Source: a virus
Taxonomy: Duplodnaviria > Caudoviricetes
DNA length: 40,408 nucleotides
IMG/VR virus record: IMGVR_UViG_3300048769_000033
Location: 1-40,408 of that record
Reading direction: 5' to 3' (one strand)
The notes below the pieces were generated by a model. That model worked only from the letters and a program-made list of their open reading frames with translations. It was not told the DNA's origin and ran no database searches. The translations under genes were made by a program, and so were the position numbers. How positions within the stretch are numbered: the first letter of the stretch is position 1; each line of letters opens with the position of its first letter. Positions 1 to 8,755 of this stretch are shown piece by piece.

Positions 1-166
1 CTCGTAAACAACACAAAACAAACGTAAGAATACCTTTGAATCGCAAGTGCTCAACTGCCAACTCGCCAACATAACCCACTTGACACAAGCAAATCAATGC
101 CATATGGTCCAAATCATGAGGGTAAAGGGGGACCAAAGACTTCAACGTCTCGTTCCCAATGCGCGG
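1..166. repeat. Left copy of inverted repeat (pairs with 40220-40385)
   Basis: Base-by-base comparison with the reverse complement of 40220-40385 gives 165/166 identity; the only difference is A119 versus C40267 (G on the minus strand). Confidence 0.98.
80..108 (+). promoter_or_regulatory. Putative sigma70 promoter in left repeat
   Basis: TTGACA (80-85), 17-nt spacer, TATGGT (103-108), facing the + strand gene array. Confidence 0.65.
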
Positions 167-333
167 ATCGCCGAATTGACCCAACCAAAGCCATCGACGA
201 TACGAACCCACACAAACCCCCATGAAACTGCAATGAGCGCCTAAAGGACCTTACCCAGTCCAGCAAGCGCCGCCTAGCTCTGAGGCACCGAATATCAGAG
301 ACCAACGGGTACACAGTAAGCCGTAGGTGTCGA

Positions 334-558
334 ATGAGAGAAATTACGCACTTCGGACGGCAACTAGGCGAAAAATCAACGTTCATGCGGCACTGTGCGG
401 TAATGGCTGCGAGGGCAGGCCAGAACGTGCTGATAGTCGAGAGCCTGGGCAACGTGAGGCTGGAGCCGTGGACTGGCAACGTGGCCGGCGTGAGTCTCAA
501 CGACAAGTATCACGGCTTTGAAGCTGGCGAGATCAGCATCGACGAGGCAAACCTCTAG
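334..558 (+). CDS. Small hypothetical protein with degenerate P-loop-like (GRQLGEKST) and IDEA motifs
   Basis: 74-aa ORF, ATG start, abuts the next ORF at 562; motif resemblance only. Confidence 0.5.
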   Translation: MREITHFGRQLGEKSTFMRHCAVMAARAGQNVLIVESLGNVRLEPWTGNVAGVSLNDKYHGFEAGEISIDEANL

Positions 559-561
559 CCT

Positions 562-915
562 ATGGCGCAAATCCAGGTAACGCAGACCGGCGACCGGATC
601 GAGACGAGGATACGGGGCCGGGTGTTTCGCTATGCACCTGTGGCGCCCAGGTCCAAGGAGCGCCGGCGGGTATGCGTGCTGAGTGCCCACGCGGCCAGGA
701 TGCTGGAGTGTTGGGGCGTGGATCAGCCGTGCCACGGTCCCAAGTGCACGCATGGCCATCAGAGCCGGGATGAGGTCAGCAAGCTGGTGCGTGACGGCAT
801 CCTCGCATTCGTAGCCGGCAGTGAGGGGAACGTGGCCAGGTACACCTACGGACGGACGTGGAAGGGCATCGCAAGCGGAGGTCCTTTGGGGCCAAAAGTG
901 ATGCAACTCGTTTGA
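562..915 (+). CDS. Hypothetical protein with Cys/His cluster
   Basis: 117-aa ORF 3 nt after the previous stop; CWGVDQPCHGPKCTHGH cluster. Confidence 0.6.
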   Translation: MAQIQVTQTGDRIETRIRGRVFRYAPVAPRSKERRRVCVLSAHAARMLECWGVDQPCHGPKCTHGHQSRDEVSKLVRDGILAFVAGSEGNVARYTYGRTWKGIASGGPLGPKVMQLV

Positions 916-1030
916 GTGCGTCTTTATTGGTGATTCTGGTAAAACATCCAGAAAACACGTTTATTGGCAAAAACAAGGCTCTGTAAGGCTCCAGGACGCG
1001 CCGGCGAGGGGTCGATGAGGCTGGGACACC

Positions 1031-1570
1031 TTGAAAACGAGGAAGCAGAGCGCCGAGTACGGACCAGTGACCGATCCAATCTTTACGGACTGGTCGGCGT
1101 ACAAGATCCCCGGCTGGGACCAGGAGGCCGTGAACGCCAAGATCAGGAAGCGCGTTGCGCGGTCGAGGATGCGGCGGTTCCGTTCTGTGCCAGTGGCCAG
1201 GCGGATATGGTGGGTAACTCTGACAGCGACGGATGCTTGTTTGGAGGCATTCGGCCCGAAGGATCTGCCAGCGAGTCTAGCGTTCGACTCGCGAACCTTC
1301 TGGTGTTCATCTCGCCGTCGCGCCCGGCAGTTGGTGATCTCTGACCAGGCAGCCGGCGGACAGGGTGCAATGTACCCTGTCGAGTACAGGCGTTGTCCTG
1401 TGTGTGGCAAGATGTTGATTGGACCTGCAGCGCACGATTACCGCATGAAGCAGATGCGGCCGACGAAGGATTGGCAGTTCAAGGATGGGCCAGCTTGCTC
1501 GATGGATTGCAAGCCAAATGGCCGAGGGACCCAAGGGGAGCACGTAGCTTACAAGAGGAGAGCGGCATGA
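1031..1570 (+). CDS. Hypothetical basic protein with possible Zn ribbon (CPVCG...CSMDC)
   Basis: 179-aa ORF; its stop overlaps the next start (ATGA at 1567-1570); start codon uncertain. Confidence 0.6.
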   Translation: MKTRKQSAEYGPVTDPIFTDWSAYKIPGWDQEAVNAKIRKRVARSRMRRFRSVPVARRIWWVTLTATDACLEAFGPKDLPASLAFDSRTFWCSSRRRARQLVISDQAAGGQGAMYPVEYRRCPVCGKMLIGPAAHDYRMKQMRPTKDWQFKDGPACSMDCKPNGRGTQGEHVAYKRRAA

Positions 1571-1902
1571 ACAGCAAGAACCAAGCGGAAACCCTGCAGG
1601 AGAAGGTGGCAGCGATCGCCAACGAGCCGGTGGCAACAGCCATCAGCAACCTGCAAACCGAGTATCTCGCCATCGCCAAGCGGTTGCGCGGCTACTCCAT
1701 CCAGATCCACGGCAGCATTCTCAACATGCTGCAAACCGAGTTCCAACTTCGCCAAGACGAGACCAAGAACGCCATCTCCGAGTACCAGCACCAGGAGCAA
1801 TTGAAGCAGGCGGCCGCGGCGAAGGAAGCGCAGGACAAGCTTGAGGCCGAGCAGGCAGAGATTGCGAAAGCCAACGCGCCCAAGCTGGCCGTCGTCCAGT
1901 GA
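1567..1902 (+). CDS. Hypothetical coiled-coil protein
   Basis: ATG 1567 with GAGGAG RBS (1555-1560), ATGA and GTGA coupling on both sides; helical A/E/Q/K-rich sequence (start revised from 1393). Confidence 0.8.
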   Translation: MNSKNQAETLQEKVAAIANEPVATAISNLQTEYLAIAKRLRGYSIQIHGSILNMLQTEFQLRQDETKNAISEYQHQEQLKQAAAAKEAQDKLEAEQAEIAKANAPKLAVVQ

Positions 1903-3536
1903 TTGACGACGATCAGGGCGTAAATCACGGCGATCTGGCAGCGCGCATCGTTGCAATAGCCGTCACTGCCTGCTTTATGCTCGTAGCCATGGCGCATTGC
2001 CAGCCGACATGCAGCCAACTAGCTCAGGTAACGCTGTCGGGCAAGCTGGCCGGCGCCAACGGCCTGCCCGCCAAGAACTACGTGATGACCCTCAAGCCAT
2101 CGCAACAGGGCTACATCGCAGGTTGCAATGTAAATCTGGCAATCAACACAACCTGCGCAACGGCGACGGATGGCTCTGTTGTGGGCATTCAGAACCCACT
2201 GACAGCCACGGTCAACACGACCAGCGGGTCGGGATCGCTCGGCGCCGGCACCTACTACACCGTTTATGCGTGGTACGACGCTGCCGGCAACGTGACTCTG
2301 GCCAGTCCTGAGACGATCAAGATCCTCAGTGCGACTGGTTCTCTGGTTGTGAACCCTCCGTCGAGCGGCATACCAGCTCTCGCAGTCGGGATGGACGTAT
2401 TCATCGGCACAACTTCCGGTGGAGAGACGCTTCAGGGCCAAACAACCGGATCAGCGTCATTCGTCCAATCCGCGGCCCTGACTTCTGGCGCATCGCCGGC
2501 ATCGAGCAACACCACGCTCTGCCAGGTGACAGCAAACGACACGATATGGCCGACCGGCACAGGATACAACGTGTCGCTGGTCGATTCGGTTGGCAATCCC
2601 ATCCCACAATACCCCATGATGTGGCAGTTGCTTGGACCGAGCACGACGATCAACCTATCAAACGGCCTGCCCTACTACCATGGCACTGTATTCTATCCAG
2701 TTCCTATCCTCACCAATCCTGCCAACCATGGAACTCAGTCGATCAGCGGAAGCCTCGACCTCGGCGGCTACTTCCTGCGCAATGTTGGGCGCTTTGGGAT
2801 TGGAACATCGACGCCGGCATGGGGGCTGGACGTCGAAGGAAGCGGAGTAAATGGAGCGGTCAACTCTGCAAGCGGCTATCTTTTTGATGGAGCAGCTCCA
2901 ACGAATCATGTGCTGCTGGGCAATGGGAGCTATTATGTCGACTCGGCAACCATTCCGTATTCGATTCTCGACGGCGCTCCGCAGATTTTCTACCAGACGC
3001 TGCTGAACGGCTCTCATTTGAGCGATGCGGTCACACAGCGGACATACCTTGCATTGGGCTCTGGCACTGGACTGGTGGCTGCTGATGTTATTGGATCTGG
3101 GACACAAGTCACGCGCACGGTCCTTTCGGTCAATGCGACTGGATCATTAAGCAGTGACACCGAAGTGGTTAATGCCGCAGCCGCCGGGGTATCGGGGAAT
3201 TGCGCTCAGTGGGATGGAGTTGGCGGCATGGGCGATGCTGGCCGGCCGTGTGGATCTGCCGGATTCTCGTCAGGATCGACCGCCGCCGGGTATTACGTGA
3301 AAGATCCGATCGGACATATCCACGAGTGGGGATCAGCTGCTAGCACTAGCGTATCTGTGAGCATCACATACCCTCTAATGTGCTCGACAAGCGTGGTCCC
3401 TGTCTGGTCATCGGTAGACATAGGGCCAGGCGCCACTCGCAACGTCGCGTATCTGACAGCGTCTGGCACTTCCGGATTTACTGTACAAACCGACGCTTCA
3501 AGCGTGTCAGTCAACTGGAATGTGGACTGTTACTAA
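1899..3536 (+). CDS. Tail fibre-like protein with N-terminal signal-like hydrophobic segment and gp53/gpH-like C-terminal domain
   Basis: RIVAIAVTACFMLVAMAHC-Q segment; FGIGTSTPAWGLDV fibre motif; C-terminal GYYVKDPIGHIHEWG...ITYP resembles the G(Y/W)xKLPxGxIxQWG fibre-tip module. Confidence 0.75.
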   Translation: MIDDDQGVNHGDLAARIVAIAVTACFMLVAMAHCQPTCSQLAQVTLSGKLAGANGLPAKNYVMTLKPSQQGYIAGCNVNLAINTTCATATDGSVVGIQNPLTATVNTTSGSGSLGAGTYYTVYAWYDAAGNVTLASPETIKILSATGSLVVNPPSSGIPALAVGMDVFIGTTSGGETLQGQTTGSASFVQSAALTSGASPASSNTTLCQVTANDTIWPTGTGYNVSLVDSVGNPIPQYPMMWQLLGPSTTINLSNGLPYYHGTVFYPVPILTNPANHGTQSISGSLDLGGYFLRNVGRFGIGTSTPAWGLDVEGSGVNGAVNSASGYLFDGAAPTNHVLLGNGSYYVDSATIPYSILDGAPQIFYQTLLNGSHLSDAVTQRTYLALGSGTGLVAADVIGSGTQVTRTVLSVNATGSLSSDTEVVNAAAAGVSGNCAQWDGVGGMGDAGRPCGSAGFSSGSTAAGYYVKDPIGHIHEWGSAASTSVSVSITYPLMCSTSVVPVWSSVDIGPGATRNVAYLTASGTSGFTVQTDASSVSVNWNVDCY

Positions 3537-3571
3537 CTTCAACTATCAACCCAACAAGGAGCACCATAGCC

Positions 3572-4522
3572 ATGCGCAACCTCGTTCTTCGTAGCACCTT
3601 AGTCGCGCTCATCCTCACCGCCGTGTGCGCGGTACTGGGGTTTGCGCAAGTCGCCAATCAGCCGTTCACCGCTCCTGAGTACTACGCAACCAGCTTCCAA
3701 CTCTGGTCTATCAACGCCCAGAGCCCGAACACCTACATCTTCCAGGGTCGCAGCCTTTGCAGCTCAAACGGTCAGAATGTGGCCTTTTTCGACTTTGCAA
3801 CCAACGCTCCTGTCTGGATCGCGGACGCCAACACCGCGCAGTCTGAGGTCAAGACACCCTCGGCGATCATCCTCACTGCCGGCTCGTGCGGCGTTACCAT
3901 CGCGCCGAGTAATAACCACTACAACTACCAGTTGAGGTCGGGAACTGCCGGCTTGCAAGAGACGATCAACGCTGTCAAGGCGAGCGGCGGGATTCCGGCA
4001 ACCATCATCATCGATCGTAACTGGTGGTCGCTTGCCAACAACACGCCGGGAACTAGCGGCGCGGCTATCCTTGCGGCAGCCGTGGGCGGGCCTGGCGCGG
4101 CCATCGAGGACATCACGACCATTCCAGCCACCTACTATGTGTGGACCGGGACTGCCTATTCATCCAGCGCCGCATATTGGCAAAACACAGCACCTACCAT
4201 CACGGCGGGAGCGGCAGCAGGGTCTAGCCCGACAGTATCGAACGCGGCGAGTTCCACCGCACTAAGCGGTATTGCCAACGTAACAACTGGCACGGCAACA
4301 ACGACCGGCTCTTTGTTCGTCGAGACGTGGCCAACAAATGCTGGAACGGTTGGGAGCTTCCAAAATGCTGGAACATGCACAGTCGCATCGACTGGTGCCA
4401 ACTCGTTCACCACATTCACGTCGGCTACTAGCTTTACGGGAAGTCATCGAGTGCTAACGATAACAGTGACGGCCACTCCGGCAGTATCGACGGCTTACCA
4501 ATTCAGTTACAACTGCCAGTAG
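3572..4522 (+). CDS. Secreted appendage-like protein, paralogue 1 of the SGTxGLQ family
   Basis: AAGGAG RBS 3556-3561, ATG 3572; signal MRNLVLRSTLVALILTAVCAVLGFA-Q; SGTAGLQE at 3938-3961; T/S/A-rich beta C-terminus. Confidence 0.85.
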   Translation: MRNLVLRSTLVALILTAVCAVLGFAQVANQPFTAPEYYATSFQLWSINAQSPNTYIFQGRSLCSSNGQNVAFFDFATNAPVWIADANTAQSEVKTPSAIILTAGSCGVTIAPSNNHYNYQLRSGTAGLQETINAVKASGGIPATIIIDRNWWSLANNTPGTSGAAILAAAVGGPGAAIEDITTIPATYYVWTGTAYSSSAAYWQNTAPTITAGAAAGSSPTVSNAASSTALSGIANVTTGTATTTGSLFVETWPTNAGTVGSFQNAGTCTVASTGANSFTTFTSATSFTGSHRVLTITVTATPAVSTAYQFSYNCQ

Positions 4523-4539
4523 ACCATCAAGATTCAACC

Positions 4540-4574
4540 AGGGCGGCCGGCTTATGCGTCGGTCGCCCTCTTTT
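4540..4574 (+). terminator. Putative intrinsic terminator
   Basis: 12-bp stem AGGGCGGCCGGC/GTCGGTCGCCCT (two G-U pairs), 6-nt loop, then CTTTT. Confidence 0.6.
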
Positions 4575-4595
4575 ATGCAAAGGAGCATCGTCGCC

Positions 4596-6026
4596 ATGAA
4601 ATCGAGAATCATTCCCATCCTCGCCATTGCGTTTCTGATGTCCGTGGCGCTCGGAGCTCAGACTACCAGCTCCACTGCGAGCGTTACAAACCAAGCGAAC
4701 GGCCCGGCCGATGTAGCAGGGTTTCTCTATGCTGCCAACTTCGCGCACTGGACCGCATCTCCGACTGACATGGGTACACGGTGGACAAGCCCCGGCCAGT
4801 GCTATGGGACATCTGGCGGGCTAGTTTTCCCTCTGTTCTCGACCACAGCGCCAATCACGATCGTAGATGTTGGGGTTCCTGCGAACACAGAGACGGTTAC
4901 GCCGACCAATGCACTCTACACTAGCTCTGGATGCTCCGTTGCTCTCCCCGCGACCCATCCGCACAGCAACTACTATTTGAAAAGTGGTACAGTGGGGCTG
5001 CAAGAGGCCTTGAATTGGATTGGATCGGGATATGCGGTTGTGGAACTCACTGCCGATTGGACCGCTATGGGCGGAACTACCTCCATGCTCACGTCCTCCA
5101 GGGCTGGAGCGAATACGACCATCCTTGATTCGCGTACATCGAACGAGATTGCCTATTATGGAACTACCCCAACTCCCGCCCCGGTCATTGTTCCCTCATC
5201 GCTTCAGGTTGGATCAGGTACCCCTTTGCCTGGTGCGATTATCAACGCTACGCAATCAAACGTAGGAACCAGCACCCAGATCAACGTGCAGAATACATCG
5301 GTTGACAACGCGGCAAGTTCTGATTTAGTGGCAACCGCGGACAATGGCACAAATACAACTTTCTTCCTCGATTGTGGAATCAACAGCTCAACATACAATC
5401 AGGCCGCATACAATTCAGGCGGTGCCGACGACGGCTATTGCTACGCTACAAACAACTTCTTTCTTGGCGCGGCCGGATCAGGCAAGAGCGTTACAATCGG
5501 CGCTGGAGGAACGACTTCGGCGAACGTGGTAGCGACATTCGCATCCGCACTAATCACGTTTGCTCAACCGCTCACCCCATCCTTGGGAATCAATGGATTG
5601 ACAGCGGGCGTTGCCGCTGGCGCCGGCATTGATGGGCAGGTCATCTCCTCGCTAGTGCCTACTGGATCTGGAGTATCCATCGCCACATCAGGCACCACCG
5701 TCAATATGTCCAGCATCTCGCTAACCGCGGGAGACTGGGACGTAGAGGGTTCCGTAAACTTCGTGGCGGGCTCAACGACCATTGTCGGCGGCGCATTGCA
5801 TGAGGTTGGATTCAATACAACCTCTGCTACTCTGCCGGTGGACGGCTCCGAAGTTTATCTCAGTGCGCCAACACTGACCACGACAAGTGCAAACTTTGGA
5901 ACGGCTGTACCGCGCAAGGTTTACAACGTGTCCAGCACGACTGTCATTTACCTTGTGGCCAGCGGAACATTTACCGCTGGCACCGAGAAAGTTTACGGAA
6001 CCATCACAGCACGGCGCATTCGATAA
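4596..6026 (+). CDS. Secreted tail fibre-like protein, paralogue 2
   Basis: AAGGAG RBS, ATG 4596; signal MKSRIIPILAIAFLMSVALGA-Q; SGTVGLQE at 4983-5006; C-terminal SISLTAGDWDV...TITARRIR module of the kind seen in phage fibres. Confidence 0.85.
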   Translation: MKSRIIPILAIAFLMSVALGAQTTSSTASVTNQANGPADVAGFLYAANFAHWTASPTDMGTRWTSPGQCYGTSGGLVFPLFSTTAPITIVDVGVPANTETVTPTNALYTSSGCSVALPATHPHSNYYLKSGTVGLQEALNWIGSGYAVVELTADWTAMGGTTSMLTSSRAGANTTILDSRTSNEIAYYGTTPTPAPVIVPSSLQVGSGTPLPGAIINATQSNVGTSTQINVQNTSVDNAASSDLVATADNGTNTTFFLDCGINSSTYNQAAYNSGGADDGYCYATNNFFLGAAGSGKSVTIGAGGTTSANVVATFASALITFAQPLTPSLGINGLTAGVAAGAGIDGQVISSLVPTGSGVSIATSGTTVNMSSISLTAGDWDVEGSVNFVAGSTTIVGGALHEVGFNTTSATLPVDGSEVYLSAPTLTTTSANFGTAVPRKVYNVSSTTVIYLVASGTFTAGTEKVYGTITARRIR

Positions 6027-6046
6027 CTCTGGCGGGAAAAGATCAC

Positions 6047-8746
6047 ATGAAAAAACTTATCATCCTGATCTCGATCTTAGGCGCAGTCTCCTTGTGCTGC
6101 GCCCAAACTCCCGGAACTGTGACCACTGGGCCCGGCAATACCGCCGGCATCCTCTACGCATCCAGCTTCGGACAGTGGTCAGTCACCGCGGGTAATCAAG
6201 GACAGTTCTCCTGGTCGAGCCCATCATTCTGCACCGTGACCGCCGCCGGAATCCCGCTCTCTCCAGTCTTCGCTGTCGGTACTCCAGTTCTCATCAAAGA
6301 CCAGGTGACAGCCAACAGCGAGACTGTGACGCCAAGCGCGGTCAACGTTGGCGGAGCTGGTTGCTCGATCACTGTCAGCCCAGCTAATCATCACAACACA
6401 TTCGTGCTGTTATCTGGCACGGCAGGGCTTCAGGATGCCATCAATTACGCGCATGACCTTCCTTATGAAGTGATCTTGACGCCAGATTGGTCTCGGCTTG
6501 GCGGGATTACTAGCATGATCGCAACGGCTCGCGGCAACAGCAATGTGCAGATTTCCGACCAGCGGAGTGCCTGCATCATCGCTTACATTTGGTCTGGAAG
6601 CTCCTATGTTTCTCAGCCATCGTCATGTAGTGGCGGCGGCGGGGGTGTTGGTCCCGGCACGGCTGGGTACGTGCCTGTATTCACCGGAACAACCGCACTG
6701 GGAGACTCATTGGCAGACTATGGCGTGACAACGTCAGGATCGTTCACTTTTCCTGCCAACACAAACACGCCAAGCGTAAATCTGTTGCCTTTAGAACAAC
6801 TGCCAAACGGTATCGTTTCGCTAGGAATACCTCTGACATCGGTCAACCTGAGCGGGAGCGATGTGATCGCAATAGGAACAAGTGCAGAAAGTGGAGAACA
6901 GCCCGCTGCTGGCAATACTGGACAACGTGTCATCGCGTTAGGCATCGGATCAGCAACAAACAATCAAGGTAATGACGTTATTGCGCTTGGAAACGAAGCC
7001 GATTACCAGACCCCTGGTGGTCCTGCGACAGGTGAGATTGTTGCGTTAGGCATGTCCGCTTGCCATCTTGATACGGGTTCGAACGTTGTATGTATCGGAA
7101 ATCAAACCGGATTCCAGAATTCTGGCAGTTTGGTGGCAGCTATCGGCACTAATGCGGCTGAAAGAAATAGTGGAAATGTCGTCGCTGCGCTGGGAGAAAA
7201 TACGGCCCTCGTAAATTCAGGCAACATGGTGGTTGCTGTTGGAGACAACGCATCTGAATTTAACAGTGGAGATGCAGTAATCGCCATAGGCGACGGAATC
7301 CTAAATGATAACGCAGCGAGTCAGGTCATTGGAATAGGACAGAACGTTACGGGTGGAAATTCGGGAGACTCTCTTCAGCTTGGTATTGGCTGGAATATCG
7401 AAATGGCTCATGGGGGTAGCAACAATATAGCTATCGGTAACAATGCTGGGCCTGCTGGTGCTCCATATTCAGGCTCTATTGCTATCGGAGACACGGCGCG
7501 AAACACGGCGACTGGGCAAACGGTTATTGGAAACAGCAGAGCAACCGAGTTTCCAACCACTAATTTAATAATGTATGGACCTCAGCCTTCTAGCGGAGGC
7601 CCATACTGCTTGCAGATCGACAGCACTGGCAGCGTGACCTCAACAGGCGCGGCTTGCGGGTCGGGGGGCGGGGTTTCACAGATCATCGCTGGTACGAATG
7701 TGTCGATCTCTCCAGCAGGGGGGACAGGCGTTGTCACGGTGAATGCTTCGGGGGGAGGGGGTGGGTATCCCGGCTGTACCGCAGATGGATCAAACGGGAT
7801 CGTATGCACGGGACAGGTTCAAGGGAACCCCGTCAAATCGACCGCGAACAGCGTCGGCGTGAGCATCGAGAATATGTCGATTGGAACGGTATCGCAGCTT
7901 TCTTCCTTGACAACTTCCAATTCGATTTTGGCCGTTGGGTCAACAGTTTGGGTGTCGGATGGAGCGTATTGCGGAGACTTTACTGCGGGAAGTGGGAGCT
8001 ATGTCGAGAAGCTGAAATGTAACACCTTGACCAGTGGAAGCTGTTCGGCATGGTCTGTACTGTCGTGCTATCCGCCAAATACCGCGTCCTCTTCGATTCC
8101 GCAAAGCGTTTCCAATCTTGTCCTTTGGTATGCAGCCGATCACATGACTTTACTGAATGGGTCGAACGCGGTCCGCTGGATTGACAACGTTCTTGGAGAT
8201 ACCGCTTACGCTATAAACGCTGGCGCAATCTATCAAACAAGCCAAATCAACGGTCTTCCTGCTATACAGTTCTCTGGAACGACCGCTGGAAGATACACGA
8301 TCCCTTATCCAGTGATGCTAGCAAACTCGACAGTTTTTGTGGTTTTCAACCCATCCTCGTTTGGAAGACAGGATTTTATATCAGGCGGAAGCGGTGCTTA
8401 CGGATTATTTGTCAACACCAGCGGACAACTAAACCTTTTAAAATGCTACACCGCAGACCTTCCTGCTTCAACGACCACGTTAACAACAGGCACTTGGTAT
8501 CAGGCTAACGTAACCTACAACTCCAGCACATTTGCTTATTCCTATCGAGTAGCAAGAGCGGCGGCGGGAAGCGGAACAAGCAGTTATGCGATGACGTCAA
8601 ACACCAGTGGTTTGGGGTATGACGTGGCCGAATCAAACGCAGATTTTAACTCAAATCTAGCTGAGATTATCGTCTACAACCGAGTGCTGACTGGACCGGA
8701 AATCACCACGATTGAAAACTACTTGCTCGCCAAGTATGGGATTTAG
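6047..8746 (+). CDS. Secreted adhesin/fibre, paralogue 3, with YadA-head-like repeats and a C-terminal LamG/ConA-like domain
   Basis: Signal MKKLIILISILGAVSLCCA-Q; SGTAGLQD at 6413-6436; tandem NSGxxVxAxG repeats (~6850-7530); C-terminal LVLWYAAD...INGLPAIQF...AEIIVYNRVL...IENYLLAKYGI. Confidence 0.85.
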   Translation: MKKLIILISILGAVSLCCAQTPGTVTTGPGNTAGILYASSFGQWSVTAGNQGQFSWSSPSFCTVTAAGIPLSPVFAVGTPVLIKDQVTANSETVTPSAVNVGGAGCSITVSPANHHNTFVLLSGTAGLQDAINYAHDLPYEVILTPDWSRLGGITSMIATARGNSNVQISDQRSACIIAYIWSGSSYVSQPSSCSGGGGGVGPGTAGYVPVFTGTTALGDSLADYGVTTSGSFTFPANTNTPSVNLLPLEQLPNGIVSLGIPLTSVNLSGSDVIAIGTSAESGEQPAAGNTGQRVIALGIGSATNNQGNDVIALGNEADYQTPGGPATGEIVALGMSACHLDTGSNVVCIGNQTGFQNSGSLVAAIGTNAAERNSGNVVAALGENTALVNSGNMVVAVGDNASEFNSGDAVIAIGDGILNDNAASQVIGIGQNVTGGNSGDSLQLGIGWNIEMAHGGSNNIAIGNNAGPAGAPYSGSIAIGDTARNTATGQTVIGNSRATEFPTTNLIMYGPQPSSGGPYCLQIDSTGSVTSTGAACGSGGGVSQIIAGTNVSISPAGGTGVVTVNASGGGGGYPGCTADGSNGIVCTGQVQGNPVKSTANSVGVSIENMSIGTVSQLSSLTTSNSILAVGSTVWVSDGAYCGDFTAGSGSYVEKLKCNTLTSGSCSAWSVLSCYPPNTASSSIPQSVSNLVLWYAADHMTLLNGSNAVRWIDNVLGDTAYAINAGAIYQTSQINGLPAIQFSGTTAGRYTIPYPVMLANSTVFVVFNPSSFGRQDFISGGSGAYGLFVNTSGQLNLLKCYTADLPASTTTLTTGTWYQANVTYNSSTFAYSYRVARAAAGSGTSSYAMTSNTSGLGYDVAESNADFNSNLAEIIVYNRVLTGPEITTIENYLLAKYGI

Positions 8747-8755
8747 GTGAGAGAT

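Noticed and set aside
47-244. ORF MLNCQLAN... and its mirror at 39857-40339
   Set aside because: They exist only because of the repeat, have no RBS, overlap the promoter and diverge at the repeat edge
6047-6110. Lipoprotein signals in the Cys-containing leaders (VSLCC at 6047, MAHC at 1899)
   Set aside because: They do not fit the L-(A/S)-(G/A)-C lipobox; cleavage before Gln matches the paralogues better
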